From: Abditibacteriota bacterium
GTDB taxonomy: Bacteria > Armatimonadota > UBA5829
NCBI GenBank assembly: GCA_017959625.1
Contig: JAGDAG010000276.1
Location: forward strand, 1-47,329
Reading direction: 5' to 3'
Length of the DNA stretch: 47,329 bases
Shown: positions 1 through 9,321 of the stretch, piece by piece
How the letters are laid out: each line of letters starts with the position of its first letter
How positions within the stretch are numbered: the first letter of the stretch is position 1
Notes under the pieces: model-generated
Told to the model about the DNA's origin: nothing
Databases searched by the model: none
What the model saw: only the letters and a program-made list of their open reading frames with translations
Translations under genes and position numbers: made by a program

Positions 1-2
1 AG

Positions 3-674
3 GGCGGAGCCGTTAAAAAACAGTACCGGATCATTGACTTCAAGAGAAACAAGTTCGATATTGAAGGCAAAGTCGCTTCCATCGAATACGATCCCAACAG
101 AAGCTGCCGCATAGCCCTCGTTTTTTACAAAGACGGGGAGAAGCGTTATATCCTTTGCCCTATGGATCTCAAAGTCGGCGACGTCGTCGTATCGGGCGAG
201 AAAGTAGATCCCCGCTCCGGCAATTCGCTGCCTTTGGCAAATATCCCTCTGGGTACGCTGGTGCACAACATCGAGCTCAAGCCCGGAAAAGGCGGCCAGA
301 TGGTCCGCTCCGCGGGAGATTCGGCCCAGATCATGGCAAAAGAGGGCAAATACGTCACCCTCAGACTGCCTTCCGGCGAAATGAGGAACGTTCTCGGCGT
401 TTGCTATGCTACCATAGGCCGCGTGGGAAATGAGGATCATTCCAACATTTCCGTAGGAAAGGCCGGCAGAAACAGATGGCTGGGCAAGCGTCCCACCGTC
501 CGCGGCGTTGCCATGAACCCGTGCGATCATGCCCACGGCGGCGGTGAAGGAAAGTCTCCCGTCGGCCGCAAGACCCCTGTATCCAAATGGGGCAAGCCTG
601 CTCACGGAACCAAAACCAGAAAGCCTAAGCTTGCATCCAACAGGCTTATCGTTCGCAGAAGAGACAAAAAGTAG
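3..674 (+). CDS. rplB: 50S ribosomal protein L2 (5' end cut by window edge)
   Basis: Frame 3 is open from base 3. The translation ([18 protein letters not shown]...[26 protein letters not shown]...[15 protein letters not shown]) is conserved L2. rpsS follows, as in S10 operons. Confidence 0.97.
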   Translation, partial: GGAVKKQYRIIDFKRNKFDIEGKVASIEYDPNRSCRIALVFYKDGEKRYILCPMDLKVGDVVVSGEKVDPRSGNSLPLANIPLGTLVHNIELKPGKGGQMVRSAGDSAQIMAKEGKYVTLRLPSGEMRNVLGVCYATIGRVGNEDHSNISVGKAGRNRWLGKRPTVRGVAMNPCDHAHGGGEGKSPVGRKTPVSKWGKPAHGTKTRKPKLASNRLIVRRRDKK

Positions 675-686
675 AGGAGCCGCAAT

Positions 687-962
687 ATGGGTAGATCATT
701 AAAAAAGGGTCCTTATGCAGACCCCAAGCTGCTTGCCAAGATCGAAAAGATGAACCAGTCCGGCACCAAGTCCGTCATACAGACCTGGTCCCGCCGCTCT
801 ACCATCTTTCCTCAGATGATCGGTCATACCATCGGTGTGCATGACGGAAGAAAGCACGTTCCGGTGTTCATCTCCGAGAACATGGTCGGTCATAAGCTGG
901 GCGAGTTCGCCATAACCAGGACCTTCAGGGGTCACCAGAAGTCTGAAAAGACTTCCAGATAA
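687..962 (+). CDS. rpsS: 30S ribosomal protein S19
   Basis: 91 aa starting [16 protein letters not shown], with [25 protein letters not shown] lies upstream. Confidence 0.97.
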   Translation: MGRSLKKGPYADPKLLAKIEKMNQSGTKSVIQTWSRRSTIFPQMIGHTIGVHDGRKHVPVFISENMVGHKLGEFAITRTFRGHQKSEKTSR

Positions 963-1087
963 AATCGTATTATCGGAAGCAGGAGCTCCGGCTTCTGTTT
1001 CCGGCAGGAAACGCGCAGCGTAAGGCTGCCGGAATATTTATTTTTCCCAATGCAGTGCTGCATTGGATGATGGAGGTCAAAACAGTA

Positions 1088-1510
1088 ATGGCTGAAGAAA
1101 AGAAACAGGCTATTGCAAAAGCACGTAACGTGCGAACCTCGCCGCGCAAGGCCCGTCTTGTCATCGACGAAGTCAGAGGCAAGAGAGTCGACGAAGCATT
1201 GGCTATGCTTAAGTTCACACCGAACAAAGCAGCCAGACTGATTGAAAAAGTGGTTCAATCGGCTGCGGCCAATGCCGAAAACAACTTCCATATGGACGCA
1301 AAAAATCTTAAGATAGCGCTCGCTATGGTTGATGGCGGCCCACTGATGAAAAGACTCAGATATGCACCTATGGGGAGAGGCTACAGAATGGTAAAAAGAC
1401 TCAGCCATATCACCATCGGGGTAGAAGAGTGCGAGCCTTTGGTAAAAAAGGCAAAGGTAAAGAAAAATGTCAACCGGACACAGGCGGAATCTGAAGGAGG
1501 ACAGGAATAA
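1088..1510 (+). CDS. rplV: 50S ribosomal protein L22 (with C-terminal extension)
   Basis: AKARNVRTSPRKARLVIDEVRGKRVDEALAMLKF is typical L22. I prefer the ATG at 1088, which follows GGAGG at 1071-1075, over the ORF-track start at 1055. Confidence 0.9.
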   Translation: MAEEKKQAIAKARNVRTSPRKARLVIDEVRGKRVDEALAMLKFTPNKAARLIEKVVQSAAANAENNFHMDAKNLKIALAMVDGGPLMKRLRYAPMGRGYRMVKRLSHITIGVEECEPLVKKAKVKKNVNRTQAESEGGQE

Positions 1511-2272
1511 ATGGGACAGAAAGTCAATCCTATAGGTCTTCGTATCGGCGTAAACAGGGATTGGGAATCCAAGTGGTACGCCAGCGATAAGGATTTTGCC
1601 AAGAAGCTGATCGAGGACGTCAGGATAAGAAAGACCCTCAAAAAGCTGCTTTATGAAGATGCAGTGTCTTCCGTAGAGATCGAAAGGCCTGCGGGCAACA
1701 AGGTCCGGGTATCCATCAATGCCGCAAAGGCCGGGCATATCATCGGCCGCGGCGGCGAAGGGATCGAAAGGGTCCGCAAAACAGTCGAAAAGCTTTGCGC
1801 TCCCAAAACACAGGTAAGTATCAACGTAGTGGAGATAGTTACTCCCGAGACCAACGCCCAGCTGGTTGCCGAATCCATCGCCCAGCAGATAGAAAAGCGC
1901 ATCTCTCCCAAAAGAGCCATGAAACAGGCGGTCAAGCGCGCCATGTTTGCTGGCGCCAAGGGTATAAAGGTGCGTTGCGCCGGCCGTCTGGCCGGAGCCG
2001 AGATGGCCCGTATAGAAAAGGAAAACGACGGAAAAGTCCCTCTTCATACTCTGCGGGCAGATATCGACTACGGCTTTGCTGAAGCCTGGACCCAGTACGG
2101 CCATATAGGCGTCAAGGTGTGGATATACAAGGGCGACGTGCTTCCCGGACACAGAAGAAAGCTCCAGGATGCCGCTCCCAGAAAGAATCAGAGGCCCGGA
2201 GGCCGCAAGGGCGGACTGCGCCGCCGCAATCCTAATAACAACAGGGGGAACAAGCGAAATGTTGATGCCTAA
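1511..2272 (+). CDS. rpsC: 30S ribosomal protein S3 (basic C-terminal tail)
   Basis: [24 protein letters not shown] and the KH-domain motif [12 protein letters not shown]. Confidence 0.97.
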   Translation: MGQKVNPIGLRIGVNRDWESKWYASDKDFAKKLIEDVRIRKTLKKLLYEDAVSSVEIERPAGNKVRVSINAAKAGHIIGRGGEGIERVRKTVEKLCAPKTQVSINVVEIVTPETNAQLVAESIAQQIEKRISPKRAMKQAVKRAMFAGAKGIKVRCAGRLAGAEMARIEKENDGKVPLHTLRADIDYGFAEAWTQYGHIGVKVWIYKGDVLPGHRRKLQDAAPRKNQRPGGRKGGLRRRNPNNNRGNKRNVDA

Positions 2273-2696
2273 AAAAACAAAATACAGAAAACAGCAGCGC
2301 GGTTCCCGCAAGGGCGTAGCCACAAAGGGAAACACTGTTGTATTCGGTGAATTCGGACTTCAGGCTCAGGAAGCCGCCTGGATCACCGCGAATCAGATAG
2401 AAGCCGCCAGAGTTGCCATGACCCGTTACATGAAAAGAGGCGGTCAGGTCTGGATCAGGATATTCCCGGACAAGCCCATCACCAAAAAACCTGCGGAGAC
2501 CCGTAGGGGTAAGGGCAAGGGAAATCCCGAAGGCTGGGTAGCGGTGGTAAAGCCGGGCAGAGTTATGTTCGAGATCGGAGGAGTCGCTCCCGAAGTAGCA
2601 TACGAAGCCGCGCGGCTCGCTATCCACAAGCTTCCCATCGACGTGAAGGTCATTGCCAAGGAAGTCAAGGAAGCCAAGGAAGAGGAAGGTGCATAG
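2259..2696 (+). CDS. rplP: 50S ribosomal protein L16
   Basis: The canonical N-terminus [15 protein letters not shown] starts at 2259. The longer ORF-track start at 2169 would overlap rpsC heavily. Confidence 0.95.
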   Translation: MLMPKKTKYRKQQRGSRKGVATKGNTVVFGEFGLQAQEAAWITANQIEAARVAMTRYMKRGGQVWIRIFPDKPITKKPAETRRGKGKGNPEGWVAVVKPGRVMFEIGGVAPEVAYEAARLAIHKLPIDVKVIAKEVKEAKEEEGA

Positions 2697-2902
2697 TGAA
2701 AAAGACCGAATTCAACAACAAGATCACAGCAGCATCCGATGCCGAACTGGAAAAGATGCTTTCCGACGAGAGAAAAAACCTCTTTACTCTCAGACAGAAG
2801 AAGGCCTTCAGACAGCTTGATGACGTTCATGCTATTCCCGAAGCCAAAAAGAACATTGCTCGTATTCTTACCGAGAAGAGAGCGCGCGAGTTAAAAGGAT
2901 AA
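2696..2902 (+). CDS. rpmC: 50S ribosomal protein L29
   Basis: 68 aa with a GTG start overlapping the rplP stop. [10 protein letters not shown]-type helix and conserved operon position. Confidence 0.9.
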   Translation: MKKTEFNNKITAASDAELEKMLSDERKNLFTLRQKKAFRQLDDVHAIPEAKKNIARILTEKRARELKG

Positions 2903-2906
2903 TAAT

Positions 2907-3161
2907 ATGGATAGAGGAAGAAGAAAGATCCGCACAGGTCAGGTTATCAGCGATAAAATGGACAAGACTGTTGTTGTATCCATTACTTCTCTTGTGAAGC
3001 ATCCTCTTTACGGAAGATTCGTCAAGAAGACCAAGAAATTCAAGGCTCATGACGAAAACAACGAGTGCGGAATAGGCGATACGATAGAGATCATGGAGAC
3101 CCGGCCGCTGTCTAAGGATAAACGCTGGCGTTTTTCCAGAATGATCGAAAAAGCCAAGTAA
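2907..3161 (+). CDS. rpsQ: 30S ribosomal protein S17
   Basis: [21 protein letters not shown]...[36 protein letters not shown]. Confidence 0.96.
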   Translation: MDRGRRKIRTGQVISDKMDKTVVVSITSLVKHPLYGRFVKKTKKFKAHDENNECGIGDTIEIMETRPLSKDKRWRFSRMIEKAK

Positions 3162-3169
3162 TTGACTAT

Positions 3170-3219
3170 AAGGCTTTCTCGTGGTAAGGCGGTGTGCCTT
3201 TCTCACCGCCTTAAGCCTT
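3170..3219 (+). other. Nested stem-loop in the rpsQ-rplN spacer
   Basis: TAAGGCGGTG (3185-3194) pairs perfectly with CACCGCCTTA (3204-3213). An outer pair, AAGGCTT (3170-3176) with AAGCCTT (3213-3219), flanks it. No U-tract follows. Confidence 0.6.
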
Positions 3220-3250
3220 GAAAGCCCGTTATGATTGAAAGGATAATTTT

Positions 3251-3619
3251 ATGGTACAGATTTATTCCCGTTTGAAGGCTGCCGACAACAGCGGCGCCAA
3301 GGAAATACTTGTGATCAGAGTATTAAAAGGCTCCAATACCAGATATGCCGGTATTGGCGATGTGATCGTAGGCGCTGTCAAGTCTGCTACTCCCGGCGCG
3401 ACTGTCAAGAAAAGCGAAGTCGTCCGCGCTGTTGTAGTGAGGACAAAAAAAGACATCTGCCGCCCCGACGGTTCCATCCTGCGTTTTGATGACAACGCAG
3501 CCGTTGTGATCAACAACAACAACGAACCTCGCGGGACCCGTATATTCGGGCCTGTGGCAAGAGAACTGAGAGACAGCGGATTTATGAGAATTATTTCTCT
3601 TGCCCCCGAAGTACTGTAG
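3251..3619 (+). CDS. rplN: 50S ribosomal protein L14
   Basis: [28 protein letters not shown]...; 122 aa. Confidence 0.97.
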   Translation: MVQIYSRLKAADNSGAKEILVIRVLKGSNTRYAGIGDVIVGAVKSATPGATVKKSEVVRAVVVRTKKDICRPDGSILRFDDNAAVVINNNNEPRGTRIFGPVARELRDSGFMRIISLAPEVL

Positions 3620-3635
3620 TTGGAGAGTATTTATC

Positions 3636-4001
3636 ATGAAAAAATTCAAACAAGCTTATGAGGGCAAACTGAATATCAAGAAGGGCGATGAGATAATCGT
3701 TATTTCCGGCAAGGACAAGGGAAAGCAGGGCAAGGTCATCGAGGCTATGCCCGATAAAGGCCTTGTAAGGGCAGACGGCATCAATATTGCCAAAAAGCAT
3801 CAGAAAAGCCGCGCCACCACCACAAGAGCCATCGCCCAGCAGCAGTCCGGCGAAATAACCATGCCTGCCGCTATCAGCGCCGAGAAGGTCATGCTCGTAT
3901 GCCCCAAGTGCGGAAAGCAGACCAGGATCGCCAAAGACAAGACCGCTGCAGGGACTATGGCAAGAAAATGCAAGAAGTGCGGCGAATGGATCGATGAGTA
4001 G
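3636..4001 (+). CDS. rplX: 50S ribosomal protein L24 (Cys4 C-terminal variant)
   Basis: KOW motif [22 protein letters not shown] chose the ATG at 3636 (MKKFKQ) over the ORF-track start at 3600, which lies inside rplN. Confidence 0.93.
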   Translation: MKKFKQAYEGKLNIKKGDEIIVISGKDKGKQGKVIEAMPDKGLVRADGINIAKKHQKSRATTTRAIAQQQSGEITMPAAISAEKVMLVCPKCGKQTRIAKDKTAAGTMARKCKKCGEWIDE

Positions 4002-4011
4002 GGAGCATATC

Positions 4012-4551
4012 ATGGCAAGATTAAAAGATATTTACAAACAGGAAGTCGTTCCTGCTCTTATGGAAAAATTCCAGTATAAGAACATAATGCAGGTTCCCAA
4101 AGTCACCAAAGTCGTTGTCAGCATGGGCGTAGGCGCCGCTATACAGGATGCCAAGATAATGGACGGAGCCGTAAGCGATATGACCAAGATCACCGGCCAG
4201 AAGCCCCTTGTGATAAAATCCAGAAAGTCCATCTCCAACTTCAAGCTGAGAGAAGGAATGAAGGTAGGGACCAAGGTCACTCTTCGGGTAGCCATCATGT
4301 ATGAGTTCCTTGACAGGTTCTTCAACATCGCTCTGCCCCGCGTCCGTGACTTTCAGGGCATTGACGCAGACAGCTTCGACGGCCGCGGAAACTTTTCCAC
4401 CGGCCTGAAGGAGCAGCTCGTTTTTCCCGAGATCGCCTATGACAAGATCGACAGGATCAGAGGTATGAATATCGCTATATGTACCTCTGCCCCTACGGAT
4501 GAAGAAGGAAGAGAACTTCTCAGAGCTCTCGGCCTTCCGTTCAAAAGATAG
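4012..4551 (+). CDS. rplE: 50S ribosomal protein L5
   Basis: [41 protein letters not shown] is a canonical L5 N-terminus. Confidence 0.96.
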   Translation: MARLKDIYKQEVVPALMEKFQYKNIMQVPKVTKVVVSMGVGAAIQDAKIMDGAVSDMTKITGQKPLVIKSRKSISNFKLREGMKVGTKVTLRVAIMYEFLDRFFNIALPRVRDFQGIDADSFDGRGNFSTGLKEQLVFPEIAYDKIDRIRGMNIAICTSAPTDEEGRELLRALGLPFKR

Positions 4552-4566
4552 ACGAGGTAAAGAAGA

Positions 4567-6588
4567 ATGAAAAGTTATCCCGTTGATGCGATCAGAAACA
4601 TTGCCCTGGCAGGCCACGGCGGCACCGGCAAGACCTCTTTGATCGAGGCTATGCTCCATACTGCCGGCGTGACCAGCAGACTGGGCAAGGTGGATGACGG
4701 AAACACCGTTTCGGACTATGACGTGGATGAGATCTCCCGCAAGATGTCTCTTTACACAACGGTCTGTCCGCTGGAGTGGAAAAATACTAAGATCAATCTT
4801 GTGGATACTCCGGGCTTTGCAGATTTTATCGGCGATATGATCGGAGCCATGAGCGCCGTGGAGACCGCTCTCATAGTAGTTGACGGAAGCGGCACCGTTG
4901 AAGTCGGGACCGACAACGCCTGGGAGAAAGCTACCGACGCCGGTATCTCCAAGATATTCTTTGTCAACAAAATAGACAAGGAAAACATGAACTGGTCCGG
5001 GACCGTGGACGCTCTCCGCGAGGCCTACGGAAACGAGGTCACTCCGGTTTATATCCCTATCGGAAGCGAAGCAAACTTTTCCGGAGTCGTGGATATCCTC
5101 AATCAGAAGGCTTATAAATACGACGCTGCCAAGAAAGCTGCCGTTGAAATCGATATCCCCGCAGATATGACCGATCAGACCGAGGAACTCAGAGAACAGC
5201 TTATCGAAAGTATTGCATCGGCCGACGACGAGCTCCTGGAAAAATATCTCGAGGAGCTGAGCCTTTCCGAGGAAGATATCGCCTACGGCTTCAAGAAAGG
5301 TATCTCCGAAGGCAAGTTTTATCCCGTCCTGGTAGGCTCTGCCGCCATGAATATAGGGGTCGTCACCCTGATGGACTTTATCGCCGGATATGCTCCCGCC
5401 CCCAAGGTGGAAGAAGGCAGCCTGAAGGCCCGCGTTTTCAAGACCGTGGCCGACCCTTACGTAGGAAAGCTTACTTATTTCAAGGTGCTGAGCGGCAGTC
5501 TTGCCGGTGATTCCCGTATTTACGACGTGAATACCGAAAAAGAAGAGCGCGTAGGCCAGGTTTACCATATCCTGGGCAAGACCCAGACCGGAGTTTCCGA
5601 GATAACTGCCGGAGACATAGGCGCCGTGGCAAAGCTTGCCTCCGTTCAGACGGGGGATACCCTGGGCGATAAATCCACGGAAATGCTTCCGCCCCTCGAT
5701 TTCCCCGAGCCTGTTTACGCTCTGGCTGTTCTGGCCGCCAACAAGGCTGCCGAGGACAAGATGGGGCCCGCTTTCAGCAAGCTGACCGAAGAAGATCCCA
5801 CCTTCAAGACCTACCGCAATATAGAGACCGGACAGTCTATCGTGGCAAGCCTGGGAGACGTTCACCTGGGCATAACCATGGACAAGCTCAAGAGAAAGTT
5901 CGGCGTTGAGGTCACCACCGAGGTTCCCAAGATCGCTTACAGGGAAACCATTACCAAGACGGCCGAAGCCCAGGGCAAGCATAAGAAGCAGACCGGCGGA
6001 AGCGGTCAGTACGGCGATTGTACCATCAGGATAGAACCTATGGAAAGAGGCGCCGGCTATGAATTCGTGGACGCTATCGTAGGCGGGGCCATACCCAGGC
6101 AGTATATCCCTGCGGTGGATAAGGGTATCCAGGACGCCATGAGCAAGGGTATCCAGGCCGGCTGCCAGTGTGTGGATATCAAGGTCACCTGCTTTGACGG
6201 AAGCTACCATCCCGTGGATTCCAAGGATATCGCTTTCCAGATGGCGGGAAGGATCGCTTTCAAGGCGGCCGCCGAAAAGGCAAAGCCTGTGATACTCGAG
6301 CCCATCATGAAGGTCCGGATCACCGTTCCCAGCGACTGTATGGGAGACGTAATCGGCGACCTGAATACCAAGAGAGGCAGAGTCGCGGGTATGGACGACG
6401 CAGGCGGCGGAAAACAGATCATCAATGCTTCTGTTCCTCAGAATGAAATGCTTAATTACTGCATTGAGCTTCGTTCTCTTTCCAAGGGCCGCGGAAAGTT
6501 CACCAGTGAGTTCGATCACTATGAAGAAGCGCCTGCGAATATCACGCAGAAGATCATTGCGGAATACGAAAAGTCCAAGGAAGAATAA
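4567..6588 (+). CDS. EF-G-like translational GTPase, EF-G II-type paralog
   Basis: 673 aa. G1 GHGGTGKTS, G3 DTPGFADF, G4 NKID, then the EF-G domain II-V pattern (KKQTGGSGQYGDCTIRIEP; IPRQYIPAVDKGI; ILEPIMKV). It starts 15 nt after rplE and ends 12 nt before rpsN, each side with its own RBS. Confidence 0.85.
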   Translation: MKSYPVDAIRNIALAGHGGTGKTSLIEAMLHTAGVTSRLGKVDDGNTVSDYDVDEISRKMSLYTTVCPLEWKNTKINLVDTPGFADFIGDMIGAMSAVETALIVVDGSGTVEVGTDNAWEKATDAGISKIFFVNKIDKENMNWSGTVDALREAYGNEVTPVYIPIGSEANFSGVVDILNQKAYKYDAAKKAAVEIDIPADMTDQTEELREQLIESIASADDELLEKYLEELSLSEEDIAYGFKKGISEGKFYPVLVGSAAMNIGVVTLMDFIAGYAPAPKVEEGSLKARVFKTVADPYVGKLTYFKVLSGSLAGDSRIYDVNTEKEERVGQVYHILGKTQTGVSEITAGDIGAVAKLASVQTGDTLGDKSTEMLPPLDFPEPVYALAVLAANKAAEDKMGPAFSKLTEEDPTFKTYRNIETGQSIVASLGDVHLGITMDKLKRKFGVEVTTEVPKIAYRETITKTAEAQGKHKKQTGGSGQYGDCTIRIEPMERGAGYEFVDAIVGGAIPRQYIPAVDKGIQDAMSKGIQAGCQCVDIKVTCFDGSYHPVDSKDIAFQMAGRIAFKAAAEKAKPVILEPIMKVRITVPSDCMGDVIGDLNTKRGRVAGMDDAGGGKQIINASVPQNEMLNYCIELRSLSKGRGKFTSEFDHYEEAPANITQKIIAEYEKSKEE

Positions 6589-6600
6589 AAGGGGTACTCG

Positions 6601-6786
6601 ATGGCTAAAACATGTCTTATTGAAAAACAGAAAAAAACACCCAAGTTCAAGGTGCGGGCATACAACCGCTGCGGTGTTTGCGGAAGAAGCCGCGGTTATA
6701 TCCGGAAATTCGGGATCTGCCGCATCTGCTTCAGAGAAATGGCTCATCGCGGGCTGATCCCCGGTGTGACCAAATCCAGCTGGTAA
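6601..6786 (+). CDS. rpsN: 30S ribosomal protein S14, short zinc-binding (type Z) form
   Basis: 61 aa: [45 protein letters not shown], carrying CxxC...CxxC. Confidence 0.96.
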   Translation: MAKTCLIEKQKKTPKFKVRAYNRCGVCGRSRGYIRKFGICRICFREMAHRGLIPGVTKSSW

Positions 6787-6794
6787 CAACAAAA

Positions 6795-6817
6795 CGGGGC
6801 GGCTTTGCGCCGCCCCG
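6795..6817 (+). terminator. GC-rich hairpin just after rpsN (possible attenuator; no U-tract)
   Basis: CGGGGCGGC, loop TTTGC, GCCGCCCCG: a 9-bp perfect stem. It is followed by CAGAAAAGC rather than a T run. Confidence 0.4.
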
Positions 6818-6917
6818 CAGAAAAGCAAAGTTTCGTCCCGATCAGACGAAAACTGCGAAGATCGTTTTATGAGGTAAGTCAGGCGCCATGAGGGGCAGAG
6901 CGCTGTCTATCGAAGGC

Positions 6918-6947
6918 TTGACACATTGTGGTCGGTTTTGATAAAAT
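6918..6947 (+). promoter_or_regulatory. Candidate sigma-70 promoter upstream of rpsH
   Basis: TTGACA (6918-6923), 18 nt, TAAAAT (6942-6947), about 40 nt before the rpsH ATG. Confidence 0.5.
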
Positions 6948-6987
6948 CAAAAAGGTCACTTGTTTTTATGGAGGATCAATCTAAAAA

Positions 6988-7383
6988 ATGGTTACAGACC
7001 CGGTAGCCGATTTGCTTACCAGGATAAGGAATGCGAATCAGGCAAACCATGAATCTACTCTTGTTCCCGCGAGCAAACTGAACATGGAAGTTGTCAGGAT
7101 CCTTGCGGATGAAGGCTTTATCAAAGGCTTTGATATGGTAAGCGACGCCAAGTTTCCCACAGCCAAGGTGTATCTGAAATACGGACCCAAGCAGGAAAAG
7201 ATCATTACCAACCTGAAAAGGATATCCAAGCCCGGACTTCGTGTTTACGTTAAAAGAGACGCTGTTCCCAGAGTCCTCAGAGGGCTGGGGATCGCTATCA
7301 TAAGCACGTCCAGAGGCGTTATGGTGGACCGCGAAGCCAGAAAGCTTGGTATCGGCGGCGAAGTGCTGTGTTACGTCTGGTAG
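6988..7383 (+). CDS. rpsH: 30S ribosomal protein S8
   Basis: [21 protein letters not shown]...; 131 aa. Confidence 0.97.
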   Translation: MVTDPVADLLTRIRNANQANHESTLVPASKLNMEVVRILADEGFIKGFDMVSDAKFPTAKVYLKYGPKQEKIITNLKRISKPGLRVYVKRDAVPRVLRGLGIAIISTSRGVMVDREARKLGIGGEVLCYVW

Positions 7384-7392
7384 GAGGAAAGC

Positions 7393-7950
7393 ATGAGTAG
7401 AATAGGTAAAATGCCCATCCGGATACCAAAGGGCGTAGAAGTAAAACTGGATGCCACCAACATCAATGTCAAAGGGCCCAAGGGTTCCCTTGACGTCAAG
7501 CTTCATCCTACCATCAAGGTCAGCGTTGAAGACGGAAGCATCATCTGCGAAAGGCCTACCGACAGGCCGGAGCACAGAAGCCTCCACGGCCTGATGAGGG
7601 CTCTTATCAACAACGCCGTGGTGGGAGTCACCGCCGGCTTTGAGAAAAAGCTCAACATCATCGGCGTGGGCTACCGCTGCGAGATGTCCGGCAAGAACCT
7701 TAAACTTATCGTAGGTTATTCCAACGACGTTATCATCGAACCTCTCGAAGGCATAACCTTTGAGTGCGGAACGGAAGGACCTCAGAGGACACCGTTTATT
7801 TTTGTCCGGGGCATCAGCAAGGAAACAGTAGGCCAGCAGGCGGCGCTCATAAGACGCGTACGGCCTCCCGAGCCCTATAAGGGCAAGGGGATACGCTATG
7901 CCGGCGAGTATGTAAGACGCAAGGTCGGCAAGGCTGCTGTAAAGAAATAA
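7393..7950 (+). CDS. rplF: 50S ribosomal protein L6
   Basis: MSRIGKMPIRIPKGVEVKLD...NVKGPKGSL; 185 aa. Confidence 0.96.
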   Translation: MSRIGKMPIRIPKGVEVKLDATNINVKGPKGSLDVKLHPTIKVSVEDGSIICERPTDRPEHRSLHGLMRALINNAVVGVTAGFEKKLNIIGVGYRCEMSGKNLKLIVGYSNDVIIEPLEGITFECGTEGPQRTPFIFVRGISKETVGQQAALIRRVRPPEPYKGKGIRYAGEYVRRKVGKAAVKK

Positions 7951-8153
7951 TCGATTACGATACCCTTCCGGTATGTTATATGCCGGAACGGGTTTTGTAT
8001 ATCCGGCCGGCTGTCTCTGCCGCAGAAGTCTCAGAAGTATTTTTACCCGTAAGCGGTGCGAGCCGCAGCGGAAAGCGACGGTATTTATACTGGTGGGGCG
8101 GCACTGAATCTACCTGCCGGAAAGACCTTATTATCTGAAGACGGAGGATACAA

Positions 8154-8516
8154 TTGAAAAAGACAAAGGAAATGCTTCGCCAAAGCAGGCATTTCAGACT
8201 GAGAAAAAAGCTTTCGGGTACCGAAGAGATGCCCAGGCTGAATGTTTTCAGGTCTCTGAAGAACATCTATGCTCAGGTGATCGACGACACAAAGGGCCAT
8301 ACGCTTGTTGCCGCATCTACTCTTGATGAAGCGATAAAGTCCGGCCTTGAAGGAAAAAGCAAGAAGGAAGCCGCCAAGATGGTGGGCGAACTCATTGCCA
8401 GAAAAGCCCTTGACGCAGGTATTACGACAGTAGTATTTGACCGAGGCGGCTACAAGTACCATGGAAGAGTTGCTGCACTGGCCGAAGGCGCCCGTGAAGC
8501 CGGTTTGAAGTTTTAG
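8154..8516 (+). CDS. rplR: 50S ribosomal protein L18
   Basis: [31 protein letters not shown]...[29 protein letters not shown] start 6 nt after GGAGG (8143-8147); the ATG at 8172 is an alternative. Confidence 0.9.
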   Translation: MKKTKEMLRQSRHFRLRKKLSGTEEMPRLNVFRSLKNIYAQVIDDTKGHTLVAASTLDEAIKSGLEGKSKKEAAKMVGELIARKALDAGITTVVFDRGGYKYHGRVAALAEGAREAGLKF

Positions 8517-8528
8517 GAGCGAAGGGTT

Positions 8529-9134
8529 ATGCCAAGAATAAATGCTGATAAGCTGAATCTTGAAGAGATAGTTATCAAAACCAACAGGGTTCAGAAAACC
8601 ACCAAAGGCGGACGCACCCTCAGCTTTAGCGTTCTGGTCGCTGTGGGCGATAAAGCAGGACATGTGGGAGTGGGTTTAGGCAAGGCTGCCGCCGCCCCCG
8701 ACGCTATCCGCAAGGGTGTTGAAGATGCCAAGAAGAACATGATTTCGGTCCCTCTGGTCCACGGCACTGTTCCGCATGAGGTATTTGACAAGTACGGCGC
8801 TTCCAACGTCGTGGTAAAGCCTGCTTCCCATGGTACCGGCGTTGTCGCCGGCGGCGCTGTGAGACCTATTCTGGAGCTTGCCGGTGTGACCGACGTCCTT
8901 GCCAAGATACTGGGCTCCCGCAACGCTGTGAACGTTGCCAAGGCTACCATCAATTGCCTGAAGAGCATGCAGGTCGCCGAGGACATTTGCGCCGCCCGCG
9001 GAGCAAAGGTCGCGACCCTTGTGCCCTGGTATGCAAAGGCAAAGGACGCCGAGGCTGCCGAAAGCGGTTTTGCCGAAGAGCCTGCTGCCGCGGAAGAACC
9101 TGCGGTAACAGCCGAGGAGGAAGCAAATGCTTAA
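8529..9134 (+). CDS. rpsE: 30S ribosomal protein S5 (acidic Ala/Glu C-terminal tail)
   Basis: [39 protein letters not shown]... is canonical S5. Confidence 0.96.
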   Translation: MPRINADKLNLEEIVIKTNRVQKTTKGGRTLSFSVLVAVGDKAGHVGVGLGKAAAAPDAIRKGVEDAKKNMISVPLVHGTVPHEVFDKYGASNVVVKPASHGTGVVAGGAVRPILELAGVTDVLAKILGSRNAVNVAKATINCLKSMQVAEDICAARGAKVATLVPWYAKAKDAEAAESGFAEEPAAAEEPAVTAEEEANA

Positions 9135-9321
9135 GATCACCCTTGTTAAGAGTACTATTAAGAGCAAACCCGACCAGATCGCTACCGTCCGCGCTCTCGG
9201 ACTTCACAAGATAGGTTCTGTGGTTTTTCAGGCGGAAACAGACTGCATCAAGGGCATGATCAATAAAGTAGGTCATCTCCTTTCTGTAGAAACTGTATCC
9301 GATCAGGAGGTTTCCAAGTAA
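9127..9321 (+). CDS. rpmD: 50S ribosomal protein L30
   Basis: [26 protein letters not shown]; 64 aa. Overlaps the rpsE end by 8 nt. Confidence 0.93.
   Translation: MLKITLVKSTIKSKPDQIATVRALGLHKIGSVVFQAETDCIKGMINKVGHLLSVETVSDQEVSK

Noticed and set aside
4567-6588. EF-G-like gene as a Tet(M)/Tet(O)-type ribosomal protection (tetracycline resistance) protein.
   Set aside because: The G1 motif (GHGGTGKTS), the overall length and the DAPG/DTPGxxDF-type context match my memory of the EF-G-II subfamily. They do not match the AHVDAGKTT-type RPPs. No mobile-element context is present. Only a phylogeny would confirm this.
4021-6828. 935-aa minus-strand ORF. Similar long antisense ORFs occur at 932..2335, 23662..25227, 26532..28907, 28935..30107, 38764..40356 and 44302..45873.
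   Set aside because: Each lies exactly antisense to a gene with unmistakable conserved motifs (EF-G, S3/L22, PepF, Mfd, GuaA and so on). Their translations are low-complexity and Gly/Arg/Pro/Leu-rich with no recognisable motif. This is the usual stop-codon depletion on the opposite strand of GC-rich coding DNA.
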